30,920 nt of DNA from a virus. The translations under genes and the position numbers were made by a program. The stretch is from IMG/VR virus record IMGVR_UViG_3300045988_121797; one strand, given 5' to 3'. The notes beneath the pieces were generated by a model. That model did no database searches and had not been told where the DNA came from. It saw only the letters and a list, made by a program, of their open reading frames with translations. Shown piece after piece: positions 1 to 9,002 of the stretch (positions are counted from its first letter, which is position 1; each line of letters starts with the position of its first letter).

Positions 1-55
1 CAAGAACGGGAAACCCGTATACACCGCAGAGCTCACAGATAGAAATAACAACAGC
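1..55. repeat. Terminal direct repeat. Bases 1-55 are identical to 30866-30920, which indicates a circular or terminally redundant genome closed by assembly overlap.
   Basis: The 55-mer caagaacgggaaacccgtatacaccgcagagctcacagatagaaataacaacagc is read at both window ends. Confidence 0.95.
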
Positions 56-100
56 GTTTCTATTGTGGAGCCTGCAAAAATTAAGGAGGTTGTTTTATGA
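2..100 (+). CDS. 3' part of a small ORF that spans the circular junction; it continues 30768-30920.
   Basis: The frame is open from the window start (KNGKPVYTAELTDRNNNSVSIVEPAKIKEVVL*). Its stop TGA at 98-100 overlaps the ATG at 97 in an ATGA arrangement. Confidence 0.3.
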   Translation, partial: KNGKPVYTAELTDRNNNSVSIVEPAKIKEVVL

Positions 101-756
101 CTCACAAAAAAAGCCGCCGCACCGTGAGTAAAGCGGAGCGACGAGTTATTACCTTTATTATATGTATATTCCTTATCGGCGCAATTATAGGCGGCGTAAC
201 CGTGGCGGCTATATCAGCTTTCAGCGGCTCCGAGCCTGCGCCTAAACTATCGGACGAGCTGTACGGTACCCGCGACGGTAGATACATAACCGAAAACGGC
301 GGGATTACCTTTAATTACGAGCTCGGCTCCGAGTTTGAGCCGCTCGAGTGCGCGTTACCCGTCGAGCTGCAAGAGTTTACCTATTATCTATGCGAGGCTT
401 ACTATATCGACTTTGAGTTTGCTATGGCTCTTATGTATACGGAGTCCTCTTTTAGAGCCGATGTAGTGAGCGGGACTAACGACTACGGCTTAATGCAGAT
501 TAACAAATGCAATCACGCGGAGCTCTCCTCCGCCCTGGGTATTACCGATTTTAACGAGCCGTACCAAAACATACGCGCGGGGCTTTATATCCTCCGCCGC
601 TTATTTGAAAAGTACGACGAGCCCGCCCTGGTATGTATGGCTTACAATATGGGCGAGTATGGAGCCTCTACCCTTTGGGATAAAGGCGTATACGAAACAA
701 GCTACTCTATTAAGGTACTCTCCAAAGCGGACGAGTACGAGGCACAACGAAAGTAA
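97..756 (+). CDS. Membrane-anchored lytic transglycosylase (SLT domain)
   Basis: 219 aa with an N-terminal TM helix (VITFIICIFLIGAIIGGVTVAAI). SLT motifs are YTESSF (catalytic Glu-Ser), GLMQIN and MAYNMG. SD aaggagg lies upstream. Confidence 0.8.
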   Translation: MTHKKSRRTVSKAERRVITFIICIFLIGAIIGGVTVAAISAFSGSEPAPKLSDELYGTRDGRYITENGGITFNYELGSEFEPLECALPVELQEFTYYLCEAYYIDFEFAMALMYTESSFRADVVSGTNDYGLMQINKCNHAELSSALGITDFNEPYQNIRAGLYILRRLFEKYDEPALVCMAYNMGEYGASTLWDKGVYETSYSIKVLSKADEYEAQRK

Positions 757-965
757 TAAAAAAGCGGCTACCACTCCGCCCGAGTGATAGCCGCCGTAGC
801 CGCCTTTGTGCTACTCAATTTCCTTTAATTATTATAGCACAGAGGCAACGGAAAGTCAATAGAAACAAGAGCAAAAAGCGGCTCTATTTCGGGCTCGTAA
901 TGGATAATAACTTAACGACCAAATAGAGCACAGTACCCGAGCGGGTTATATATACCCTCTCTCTG

Positions 966-994
966 TTGGCTTTCACAGATAACCCGAGTATAAA
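966..994 (+). promoter_or_regulatory. Candidate sigma70-type promoter, TTGGCT-N17-TATAAA, firing into repeat copy A
   Basis: -35 ttggct at 966-971, a 17-nt spacer, and -10 tataaa at 989-994. It sits in the 440-bp non-coding gap upstream of rep. Confidence 0.35.
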
Positions 995-997
995 TAA

Positions 998-1073
998 GGC
1001 TTTTGCTTATAACGAGGATAGAGCTACGCAGAGGTGCGACTCGAGCGCGTTATAAGATTTTAGCATAAGGGAA
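998..1073 (+). repeat. 76-bp element, copy A. Its direct-repeat partner is at 27358-27433 (74/76 identical).
   Basis: Manual alignment gives ggcttttgcttataacgaggatagagc[t/a]acgcagaggtgcgactcgagcgcgttat[a/g]agattttagcataagggaa. There is an internal 9-bp inverted repeat, cttataacg/cgttataag. Confidence 0.9.
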
Positions 1074-1196
1074 CGAGGGCGGAGTGCGTGTATGTGCTGC
1101 CAGCTCCGCTCTTTTCTCAATTCCCTTATGGAAAACTAAAGCGTTAAACCTCGGGGTTTGGGGCAGAGCCCCAAGAGTAAACACGGAGGTTAAAAT

Positions 1197-1976
1197 ATGC
1201 GTTGCCTATACAGAGAAAAGAAACACTATTGCGGCGAATATTTGGAGGTTGACATATTCCCCGTATTTGAGTATCAGCGAGGACGGAGCAAAAAGCGTAA
1301 GCCGACCTCGGAAACTCAAAAGAAACTCAACCAACGAAACGCAGAGCGAAAGTTAATACGCCTGCTTAATACGAATTTCACCAAAAAGGACATAAGGTTT
1401 GACCTTACATACAGCGACGAATACTACCCAGGCTCACCCGAGGACGCACAAAGGGAAATGCAAAATTTTCTCCGTAGGGTAAAACGGTACCGCAAAAAAC
1501 ACGGCTTACCCGAGCTAAAGTATGTAGCAGTTACCGAAATCGGCAAGAAAAACGCCCGCCTGCACCACCATATCGTTATGAGCGGCGGTATTGACATTAC
1601 CGAGCTTGCCGATATTTGGGGCAGAGGCTACACAACAGCAAAGCCTCTACAGTTTGACGAGTACGGCATTGTCGGTATTGCAAAATATCTCGTTAAAGAG
1701 CCGATACTCGGTAAGCGTTGGTGCGCGTCCCGCAATCTCGAGCAGCCGAAAACCTCCGAGAGGGACGGCAGGCTGCCGCAATACAAGGTTAAGCAATTCC
1801 ACGACAGCGGCTACGACAACCGCGAGGAGCTCGAAAAACTCTACGAGGGTTACGCCCTGGCAGATGTAAAGCCGTATTTTAACGAAATTAACGGCGGCTA
1901 TTATTTAACCGTCCAAATGTACAAGAAACCAGCTCCGAAACGGAGCCGAAAGCGAGGGCATTATGAACGACAATAA
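1197..1976 (+). CDS. HUH-superfamily rolling-circle replication initiator-like protein
   Basis: 259 aa. Motif I-like IRFDLTYS, HUH motif RLHHHIVMSG, and Tyr motif GIAKYLVKE. SD acggagg lies upstream. Confidence 0.6.
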   Translation: MRCLYREKKHYCGEYLEVDIFPVFEYQRGRSKKRKPTSETQKKLNQRNAERKLIRLLNTNFTKKDIRFDLTYSDEYYPGSPEDAQREMQNFLRRVKRYRKKHGLPELKYVAVTEIGKKNARLHHHIVMSGGIDITELADIWGRGYTTAKPLQFDEYGIVGIAKYLVKEPILGKRWCASRNLEQPKTSERDGRLPQYKVKQFHDSGYDNREELEKLYEGYALADVKPYFNEINGGYYLTVQMYKKPAPKRSRKRGHYERQ

Positions 1977-2007
1977 GACCGACTCCCAGGGAAAGGAGAA
2001 AAAGAAA

Positions 2008-2145
2008 ATGTCTATGTATATTTTCCCCGTTGCGCTTATTTTGCTTGATGTGGGCGCGGCGATTATGTGTATTATCGGCAAAGACTATAAACGCGCTGTA
2101 TATTGGCTCGCCGCTGCAGTGCTCAATGTAACAGTAACATTTTAG
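2008..2145 (+). CDS. Small two-TM membrane protein (hypothetical)
   Basis: MSMYIFPVALILLDVGAAIMCIIGKDYKRAVYWLAAAVLNVTVTF. SD aaaggag lies upstream of the ATG at 2008. The ORF track offers a longer form starting at 1963. Confidence 0.45.
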   Translation: MSMYIFPVALILLDVGAAIMCIIGKDYKRAVYWLAAAVLNVTVTF

Positions 2146-2157
2146 GAGGTTGACAAA

Positions 2158-2568
2158 ATGAGAGTTGTACTCGACAACGGCGCAATTATGCCTACCAGGG
2201 CTCACGCCACAGACGCAGGCTACGACCTTTACGCCAGGGAGCAGCAAATAGTACCCGCTCAAGAGAGCGCGTGTTTTGATATTGGCGTACATATCGAAAT
2301 CCCAGCGGGCTATGTCGGCTTTTTGAAAAGCAAAAGCGGGCTTAATGTCAAACACGGCATTACAAGCGAGGGAGTTATCGACGCAGGCTATACGGGGAGC
2401 ATTGTTGTTAAACTCTATAACAACAGCGGCTTTGATTATACCGTACACAAGGGCGACAAAATCAGCCAAATTGTATTACTGCCGATTTTTACGCCCGAAC
2501 TCGAGCAAGTAGACAAACTCGAGGAAACCGAGCGCGGAGCGGGAGGCTTTGGCAGCTCGGGAAAATAA
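2158..2568 (+). CDS. dut: dUTP diphosphatase (trimeric dUTPase)
   Basis: 136 aa. Motifs DAGYDLY, GVIDAGYTG, ISQIVL, and C-terminal RGAGGFGSSG. Confidence 0.92.
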   Translation: MRVVLDNGAIMPTRAHATDAGYDLYAREQQIVPAQESACFDIGVHIEIPAGYVGFLKSKSGLNVKHGITSEGVIDAGYTGSIVVKLYNNSGFDYTVHKGDKISQIVLLPIFTPELEQVDKLEETERGAGGFGSSGK

Positions 2569-2589
2569 GCATTTTTCGGAGGTGATTTT

Positions 2590-3030
2590 ATGAACTACTT
2601 TAAGGCAGCGGAGCAAGTGCTCGGCTCCGTCCCTACGCTCAAAAGGGCGTTAGAAAATTTGAGAAACAGAGAGCAACGCCTAATCGAGCAGGGCAAGCCG
2701 CGCGAGCCTGGGGCTATCGACTATAGCAAGCCTTTTACGGACTCGCATTTTGTAAGCGACACTCTTAACGAGCTTTTGGAGCTTTCGGAGTGCTCCCGAA
2801 ATATCGCAGAAACAGAGCGCACGCTCGCGGAGGTTGAGGGCATTATAGAGCAGCTCTCCGACGAGCATAAAAAAGTCGTCGTTTTGTGGTATATCGAGAA
2901 ACGCTCAAAAGAGGCTATAGCGGAGGCTTTGTATGTGGAGTCGCCTACGACGGTTTACAACCTCCGAAATAAAGCCGTAGCGGAGTTTGCTTTACTCTAC
3001 TACGGAGCCTCTGCGCTGCCCTCAATTTAG
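2590..3030 (+). CDS. Putative late-gene transcriptional activator (ArpU / sigma-70 region-4-like HTH)
   Basis: 146 aa. C-terminal VVVLWYIEKRSKEAIAEALYVESPTTVYNLRNKAVAEFA resembles a sigma region 4 HTH. It sits directly upstream of the packaging module. Confidence 0.5.
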   Translation: MNYFKAAEQVLGSVPTLKRALENLRNREQRLIEQGKPREPGAIDYSKPFTDSHFVSDTLNELLELSECSRNIAETERTLAEVEGIIEQLSDEHKKVVVLWYIEKRSKEAIAEALYVESPTTVYNLRNKAVAEFALLYYGASALPSI

Positions 3031-3105
3031 GGCATTTGAAAAAACGCTGTATAGAAACTTGCTTTTTGTAGTGGTAAACTGATACCGTAGAAATTGACGG
3101 TTAAG

Positions 3106-3131
3106 CGAGCTGCTGCAAAGCGGCTCGTTTT
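3106..3131 (+). terminator. Candidate rho-independent terminator
   Basis: cgagctgc (3106-3113) pairs with gcggctcg (3120-3127) as an 8-bp stem with one T-G wobble. The loop is 6 nt and is followed by tttt. Confidence 0.45.
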
Positions 3132-3190
3132 GTCGTTGTATCGGGAGCAGATATAGCACTACAACGGCGGAGAGGGCGGGACGCTGCTAT

Positions 3191-3490
3191 ATGAGAGAAT
3201 TTGCACGCAAGTTTTATTTGAGCACAGCCTGGCGAGAAACCAGGGAATATATATACAAGCGCGATATGGGACTATGTGTACGGTGTGGTAGACCTGGCGA
3301 AATAGTACACCACAAAATACACCTAACACCACAGAACATAGACAACCCGAGTATTACGCTATCCGAGGACAACCTCGAGCTTGTATGCCGTGAGTGCCAC
3401 GCTATAGAGCACGAGGGACAGCCTGCTACAGCAGCGGGCTTAATGTTCGACGACGAGGGAAACCTCGTAGAAAGAGAGGGCTACCTATGA
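3191..3490 (+). CDS. HNH endonuclease (packaging-associated)
   Basis: 99 aa. CVRCGRPGEIVHHKIH...NLELVCRECHAIEH. The position upstream of terS/terL is as in HK97-like cos phages. Confidence 0.85.
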   Translation: MREFARKFYLSTAWRETREYIYKRDMGLCVRCGRPGEIVHHKIHLTPQNIDNPSITLSEDNLELVCRECHAIEHEGQPATAAGLMFDDEGNLVEREGYL

Positions 3491-3735
3491 GCAGAGTATG
3501 CGAGGTAATTATATACACGAGTAACGCGGCATTGTCTTTCAATGTCGAGGCTACTACTACGGACTTTCAAGAGCGGCTCGCGTCAGCTCTTGAGGAGGGC
3601 ACCGTTATTCTCGATACTGTCGAGGGCACAAAGTTAATACTAAACGCTATCAATGTTGTAGCGATTGAGGTACACGCAGCAGCCGACGCGACAGCCGAGA
3701 GAACGCAGACACTCCCCCCGTCAAAAAAAGTTTGA
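3487..3735 (+). CDS. Hypothetical protein
   Basis: ATG at 3487 overlaps the HNH stop (ATGA). 82 aa, MSRVCEVIIYTS... The track start at 3394 lies inside the HNH gene. Confidence 0.5.
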   Translation: MSRVCEVIIYTSNAALSFNVEATTTDFQERLASALEEGTVILDTVEGTKLILNAINVVAIEVHAAADATAERTQTLPPSKKV

Positions 3736-3830
3736 TGTTGTTTTCTATGAACCGTGTTTAAGCCCCTTTTATGACCGCCCCTTGTGTGTATTACCCCCTT
3801 ACCCTTAACACAAAAGAAAGGAGTTTTTGT

Positions 3831-4199
3831 GTGGACGATACATTATATACGCGACAGAAAAAAGAGCAAAACAGAATTAAGAAAATTTACAAAAATCTAC
3901 CCAAAGAACAGCTCGAAATCGCTAAAAAATTGATTGAAAGAGCCGCATATATGCTCGTTTCTTTGGAGGATATGGAGGCAAAAATCAACGAGGACGGGCT
4001 CGTAGTTAAAATGCCGCAGGGTGCCTATACAATCGAGCGAGCGCACCCTCTTTTACAGCCATATAACGCAATGGTAAAGAACTATAACGCCACAATTAAG
4101 CAGCTTTCGGAACTCTCACCGAGCACCGAGGCGGACAAGGCGGGGCAGGCTCTTATGATGTTTGCCACTAAACCAAACAAGGCAGCTAAAAAGGCTTGA
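3831..4199 (+). CDS. terS: Terminase small subunit (P27-family-like)
   Basis: Position immediately upstream of and overlapping terL, together with size and helical content. GTG at 3831 has SD aaaggag 7 nt upstream; ATG at 3771 is an alternative start without an SD. Confidence 0.6.
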   Translation: MDDTLYTRQKKEQNRIKKIYKNLPKEQLEIAKKLIERAAYMLVSLEDMEAKINEDGLVVKMPQGAYTIERAHPLLQPYNAMVKNYNATIKQLSELSPSTEADKAGQALMMFATKPNKAAKKA

Positions 4200-5848
4200 A
4201 TTGGGTTAAAGAATACTACCGCCGCATAGAGAGCGGCGAAATAGTTACGAGCAGGCGCGTTAAAGCCGTCTACTCTCGCCTCGTGGCGGAAATGGACTCA
4301 CCCGCACCCGATTTTCCGTATTATTTCGACGAGGAAACGGGCGAGCGTCCTATACTCTTTATCGAAACATTTTGCAAGCAATCACAAGGAACTATCGGAG
4401 CTCCGCTAAAGCTCGAGCTTTTCCAAAAAGCATTTATACAGCTCCTTTTCGGTTGGCTTGAAAAAGACACGGACTACCGACGCTTTCGAGAAACTATGTT
4501 TTTGTGCGGGCGTAAAAACGGTAAGTCTACTTTGCTTTCGGGCATTGCGTTATATATGCTGATTGCCGACTATGAGGGCGCAGCGGAAATATACTCCGTA
4601 GCGACCAAAAAAGACCAGGCAAAAAAGGTACTTACCGAGGCTGTCAATATGATTAAACAATCTCCCGAGCTACGGGCGGTTGTTAAAAAGCGGAGAAATG
4701 ATGTTTATTTCCCTGCTACCTCCTCCGTGTTTGAGGCTCTCGCCTCGGACTCAAACACCCTCGACGGCTTGAACTCTCACGCCGTTATTATAGACGAGCT
4801 GCACGCTATCCGCGACAGAAACCTATACGAGGTTATGAAACAGTCCACCTCCTCGCGCCGTCAACCTCTCGTCGTTATGATTACGACAGCGGGTACGGTG
4901 CGCGAGTGCATTTTTGACAATATGTACGAGCTTGCCTGCGACCTCGCAGACGGAAAGAAAAAGGACGACACCTTTTTACCTATCCTCTACGAAATCGACA
5001 GCCGCGACGAGTGGACTAACCCGCAAATGTGGATTAAAGCTAACCCAGGGCTCGGAGCTATCAAGCAATATAAAACCCTTGCCGCCTTTGTCGAGAGGGC
5101 TAAAAACAATCCCGCCGACCTACCAGGTGTGCTATGCAAGGATTTTAACTACCGCGAGAACGATAATAGCGTATGGCTCTCTTACGACCAAATTAAAAAC
5201 GACGCTGTTTTCGATATGTCGGAGGTGTACAACACCTACGCTATAGGCGGCTGCGACCTCTCGGCTACTACCGACTTAACGGCGGCAACGCTGTTAATAC
5301 GCAAGCCCGACGACAAGACGGTGTATGTATTGCAGCACTATTTCCTCCCGCAGGCTCGCGTAGAGCACCTCGAGGAAAAGAATACAAACGAGGCTCCCTA
5401 TAGGCTATGGGCTGACCGTGGCTTGCTTACTATCTGCGACGGCAACCGCGTTACTTTTTCTGATGTTACGGCGTGGTTTTGTCAAATGCGCGACGAGCAC
5501 AAAATAGACGCTTTCAAAGTTGGCTATGACCGAGCGTTAGCGGGCTATTGGGTGGAGGAAATGAAAAGCAACGGCTTTACTATGGAGCCCGTGGCGCAGG
5601 GTCCTTTTACCTGGAGCCAACCTATGCGAGAAATGGGAGCGGCTTTCGCGGACAAGATAGTAAACTACAACAAAAACCCGATTTTAATTTGGTGCCTATC
5701 CAATACGGCAGTAAAGAAAAGCGGGGTTAATAATATTCAACCTGTTAAGATAACCGATAAACGCCGCATTGACGGGGCGGTATCGCTGCTTAATGCTTGG
5801 GTTATCTATGTAAAATATTACGACGACTTTATGTACAATGTGGGGTGA
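4196..5848 (+). CDS. terL: Terminase large subunit
   Basis: 550 aa. Walker A CGRKNGKST and Walker B VIIDELH, with a C-terminal nuclease-like region. Confidence 0.92.
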   Translation: MNWVKEYYRRIESGEIVTSRRVKAVYSRLVAEMDSPAPDFPYYFDEETGERPILFIETFCKQSQGTIGAPLKLELFQKAFIQLLFGWLEKDTDYRRFRETMFLCGRKNGKSTLLSGIALYMLIADYEGAAEIYSVATKKDQAKKVLTEAVNMIKQSPELRAVVKKRRNDVYFPATSSVFEALASDSNTLDGLNSHAVIIDELHAIRDRNLYEVMKQSTSSRRQPLVVMITTAGTVRECIFDNMYELACDLADGKKKDDTFLPILYEIDSRDEWTNPQMWIKANPGLGAIKQYKTLAAFVERAKNNPADLPGVLCKDFNYRENDNSVWLSYDQIKNDAVFDMSEVYNTYAIGGCDLSATTDLTAATLLIRKPDDKTVYVLQHYFLPQARVEHLEEKNTNEAPYRLWADRGLLTICDGNRVTFSDVTAWFCQMRDEHKIDAFKVGYDRALAGYWVEEMKSNGFTMEPVAQGPFTWSQPMREMGAAFADKIVNYNKNPILIWCLSNTAVKKSGVNNIQPVKITDKRRIDGAVSLLNAWVIYVKYYDDFMYNVG

Positions 5849-5852
5849 GAAA

Positions 5853-7172
5853 ATGAAAGAAAGACGAGGACTTTTTGAGGCTATCTTTGGCAAAAAGCCG
5901 CAGACTCTCGACGGCTATACCGAGTATAAGCTCCTCAATTCCTACCAATCGAATTTTGTACCGTTTTCGGGCAATGCCTGGGAGGTAAACACCGTCCGCG
6001 CTGCTATTCACTCTTTCGCCCGCAGAGCGGCAAGAGTACAGCCGCGACATATCCGAAAAGGTGACGGAAAATTGCAAGATGTGGAGAGCAGCTCGCTTAA
6101 CTACATTTTGCAGTATCAACCTAACCCGTTGACTACGGCTTACAAATTCTACTACCGCGCAGCGGCGCAGTACAAGCTCTATAACAACGCTTTTATTTTT
6201 CCCGTGTGGAATGAATACACGGGCAGGCTCGAGGCTATGTACAATATCAACGCCCAGGAAATAAAGCTGCTTGAGCACCAGGGCGAGCTGTTTTTGAAAT
6301 TCCGCTTTTACAACGGGAAAACCTACACTTTCCCGTACACGGATATTATACATATCGGCTCTATGTTTGCCGATAACGAGCTTTTCGGCAGTAATAACGA
6401 GGCTTTATTGCCCGTATTGAAAACCGCAAACACCTTTAACCAATCTATGAGCAAATTTGCCGAGCTTGTGGCGGTTGTGCGCGGTATTTTGAAAGTTGCA
6501 GCCTCTACCAAAAACGAGGACTTAAAAGCACGACGCGACGACTTTATACGAGATAACCTCAAAATGGAGAATAACGGCGCGGGCGTTATCGTTACCGACA
6601 ATAAGTATGATTATACCCCTATCAACGACAAGCAAACGCCGCTACCTCAAGGGCAGCTCTTGTATATTAAGTCCGAAATTTACGACTATTTCGGCACTAA
6701 CGAGGCTATCGTGCAGAATAAGGCAACGCCCGAGCAAGAGGACGACTTTTACGAGGGCGAAATTAGACCGTTTTTTATGCAGCTTGAGCAGGCTTTTACA
6801 AATTGTTTCTTTACCCGCAAAGAGCGCGGCTTTGGTAATTTGATTGTCGCAGAGGGAAACAAGCTCCAATATGCGAAACTCTCCGACAAGCTCGCAGCGG
6901 TTAAGTACCTCTCCGAAATTGGCGGCTTAATGCTCGACCAGGCGTTAGTAACGCTCGGCTTTCCGCCTATCGGCGGCGAGGAAGGCAAACGCCGCGTACA
7001 GACGCTCAATATGGTTAATGCGGCAAAGGCTGACGAGTACCAATTAGGCGACAAGGGAAAAGAAAAAACACCGCCCGCAGGCACCGAGGACGACGAGGAC
7101 GACCTCGAGGACGGTACCGCACCCGCTGCGGCACCAAAAAAGGGCGAGAACAACGGAGAGGAGGACGAGTAA
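5853..7172 (+). CDS. Portal protein (HK97-type)
   Basis: About 440 aa between terL and the prohead protease, with an acidic C-terminal tail. ATG at 5853 follows the terL stop; the track start at 5838 is the alternative. Confidence 0.88.
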   Translation: MKERRGLFEAIFGKKPQTLDGYTEYKLLNSYQSNFVPFSGNAWEVNTVRAAIHSFARRAARVQPRHIRKGDGKLQDVESSSLNYILQYQPNPLTTAYKFYYRAAAQYKLYNNAFIFPVWNEYTGRLEAMYNINAQEIKLLEHQGELFLKFRFYNGKTYTFPYTDIIHIGSMFADNELFGSNNEALLPVLKTANTFNQSMSKFAELVAVVRGILKVAASTKNEDLKARRDDFIRDNLKMENNGAGVIVTDNKYDYTPINDKQTPLPQGQLLYIKSEIYDYFGTNEAIVQNKATPEQEDDFYEGEIRPFFMQLEQAFTNCFFTRKERGFGNLIVAEGNKLQYAKLSDKLAAVKYLSEIGGLMLDQALVTLGFPPIGGEEGKRRVQTLNMVNAAKADEYQLGDKGKEKTPPAGTEDDEDDLEDGTAPAAAPKKGENNGEEDE

Positions 7173-7174
7173 AT

Positions 7175-7780
7175 ATGCCTTATAAACCGAATGAGCGGGA
7201 GTACCGAGCGTTAGCTCCGTTTACTACTCCCGACGACAACAGCAGCGACGAACTCGTGCTGCGCGGTACCCCTATTGTGTTTGATACGCCTACCGTTATT
7301 TGTGAAATTGACGGTGTACAGTACAAAGAGGTTATCGCTCGCGGTGCTCTCGACGAGTGCGATATGTCGGATTTTATCTTTAACCGCAACCACGGGCAGA
7401 ACGACTCTACCGTATACGCCCGTACTCGTAACAAGTCCCTCGATTATTCCATTACGGATAGAGGGCTCGACATTGCGGCACACCTCGACAAAGAGGACGA
7501 GCGGCACCGCAATTTACACCGTGATGTTATGAAACGCCGCGTTGATAAAATGAGTTTTTCGTTTATTGTGAGGGAGTGCTCTTATGACAGAGAAACCCAC
7601 ACAAGGACGATAACTAAAATAAAAAAGCTGTTTGATGTTTCGGCGGTGGATTTTCCCGCATACAACGAAACAAGCATTACAACGGCAAGAGGCTTTTTCT
7701 CGGAGGAGCACGAGAAAGAGTTTAAGGCGTTGGAGGAACGCGCACGCCGTCAAAGGCTAATAGCTTTAACCTACTGCTAA
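7175..7780 (+). CDS. Prohead serine protease (HK97 family, S78-like)
   Basis: 201 aa located between portal and capsid. LRGTPIVFDTPT...FNRNHG...VSAVDFPAYNET is typical of the family. Confidence 0.8.
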   Translation: MPYKPNEREYRALAPFTTPDDNSSDELVLRGTPIVFDTPTVICEIDGVQYKEVIARGALDECDMSDFIFNRNHGQNDSTVYARTRNKSLDYSITDRGLDIAAHLDKEDERHRNLHRDVMKRRVDKMSFSFIVRECSYDRETHTRTITKIKKLFDVSAVDFPAYNETSITTARGFFSEEHEKEFKALEERARRQRLIALTYC

Positions 7781-7824
7781 CCCTAAAAACCAATCTATCA
7801 AAAACCGAAAAGGAGTAAATCACT

Positions 7825-8985
7825 ATGCACGAAATTATTAAGCGTATGAATGAAATTATCGCCCGTAAAGCAGAGCTCCGCTCTATGCTCGAGGGCAGCG
7901 GAGAGGTTGACCTCGACGCAATCACAACCGAGCTCCGCGACCTCGACACCGAGTATAAGGGCTTGGAAAAGAGAAAGCAGACTATCGAGGGAATTAACGC
8001 GGGAACTATTCCCGCAACCGAAATCCCTAACCCCATAACCGCCCGCGCTGCGGACACTTTCGACCAGGACAAGGAGTACCGCTCCGCTTGGTTAAAGACT
8101 TTGCAGGGTAAGGCTCTTACTGACAATGAGCAGAGAGCTTATAGCACCGCGGCAAATTCTGCATTGCCTGCTATCCCCGAGAGCACCGCTAACGAAATTA
8201 TCAAGAAAATGTACGAGGTTGCGCCTATTTTGCAGCGTTGTAAGATTTTCCACGTGCCTGGTAATTTCAAGTTTGCCGTTGAGGGTGCCAACGCCGACGC
8301 AGCTATCCACCAGGAGAACGCGTCTATTACCGTTGCAGCCGACAACCTCGGCTCCGTAAGCCTCACGGGTTACGAAATCGTTAAGCTCGTTAAGGCGAGC
8401 CGCGCTACTGTCAATATGACTATTGCGGCTTTCGAGTCCTATATCGTGGAAATTATCGCCGAGGCTATCGCCCGCAAGATTGAAAACTTTATTTTCGTCG
8501 GTACGGGCAATAATCAGCCTGGCGGCGTAGCCCAGGGCGGTAAAGGTTCCAACGGTGCATATACTGCGGGTACTGATATGGTAGAAACCGCAGCTGTAAC
8601 CGAGGCGAACATTACCGCCGTATACGGTATGCTTGCAAGCGGCTACGAGCGTAACGCTGTTTGGGCTATGAGCAAGGCTACTTTCTTTTCTGACTTTTAC
8701 GCCCTTATGAACAAGAGCAAAAACAACCTTATCGAATTTGCCAACGGCAAATACTACATTATGGGTTGTGAGGTTTACTTTACGGGCTCTCTCGCTGCGG
8801 GCGTTTCTTACCTCGGCGACTTCTCCTATATCGTGGGTAACTATTCCCAGGATATTGCGGTAGTTAAGTCCGAGCACAGCGGACTCGCTACCAACAGCGT
8901 GGACTACCTGGGCTCTTGCGTGTTCGACAGTAAGGCTATTGCGGGCTTGGGTGCTTTCGTTAAGCTCGTTAAGAAAGCGGGCTAA
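7825..8985 (+). CDS. Major capsid protein (HK97 fold) with N-terminal coiled-coil delta domain
   Basis: 386 aa after the protease. The N-terminal approximately 100 aa are helical and charged, and the C-terminal part is typical of an HK97 capsid protein. Confidence 0.85.
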   Translation: MHEIIKRMNEIIARKAELRSMLEGSGEVDLDAITTELRDLDTEYKGLEKRKQTIEGINAGTIPATEIPNPITARAADTFDQDKEYRSAWLKTLQGKALTDNEQRAYSTAANSALPAIPESTANEIIKKMYEVAPILQRCKIFHVPGNFKFAVEGANADAAIHQENASITVAADNLGSVSLTGYEIVKLVKASRATVNMTIAAFESYIVEIIAEAIARKIENFIFVGTGNNQPGGVAQGGKGSNGAYTAGTDMVETAAVTEANITAVYGMLASGYERNAVWAMSKATFFSDFYALMNKSKNNLIEFANGKYYIMGCEVYFTGSLAAGVSYLGDFSYIVGNYSQDIAVVKSEHSGLATNSVDYLGSCVFDSKAIAGLGAFVKLVKKAG

Positions 8986-9002
8986 TAACGGAGGGCTGAC
9001 CT

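Noticed and set aside
998-1073. The 76-bp repeat as a tRNA gene, because of its length
   Set aside because: There is no acceptor-stem complementarity between its ends (ggctttt vs aagggaa). No cloverleaf arms or T-loop GTTCRANNC-type consensus can be drawn.
1084-1356. The 90-aa + strand ORF upstream of and overlapping rep
   Set aside because: It has no ATG start and no SD. It overlaps the rep start in another frame and runs through the non-coding repeat region.
3736-3830. C-rich non-coding stretch upstream of terS (gcccctttt, gccccttgtg, acccccttaccctt) as the cos site
   Set aside because: The location is plausible for an HNH-dependent cos phage. Nothing in the sequence alone defines the cohesive ends; physical end mapping or read-start pile-ups are needed.
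8092-8877. Long antisense ORFs inside structural genes, also at 1888-2469, 10013-10522, 15251-15823 and 29136-29606
   Set aside because: These are shadow ORFs opposite strongly supported + strand genes. They have no SD sites and low-complexity or unlikely composition.
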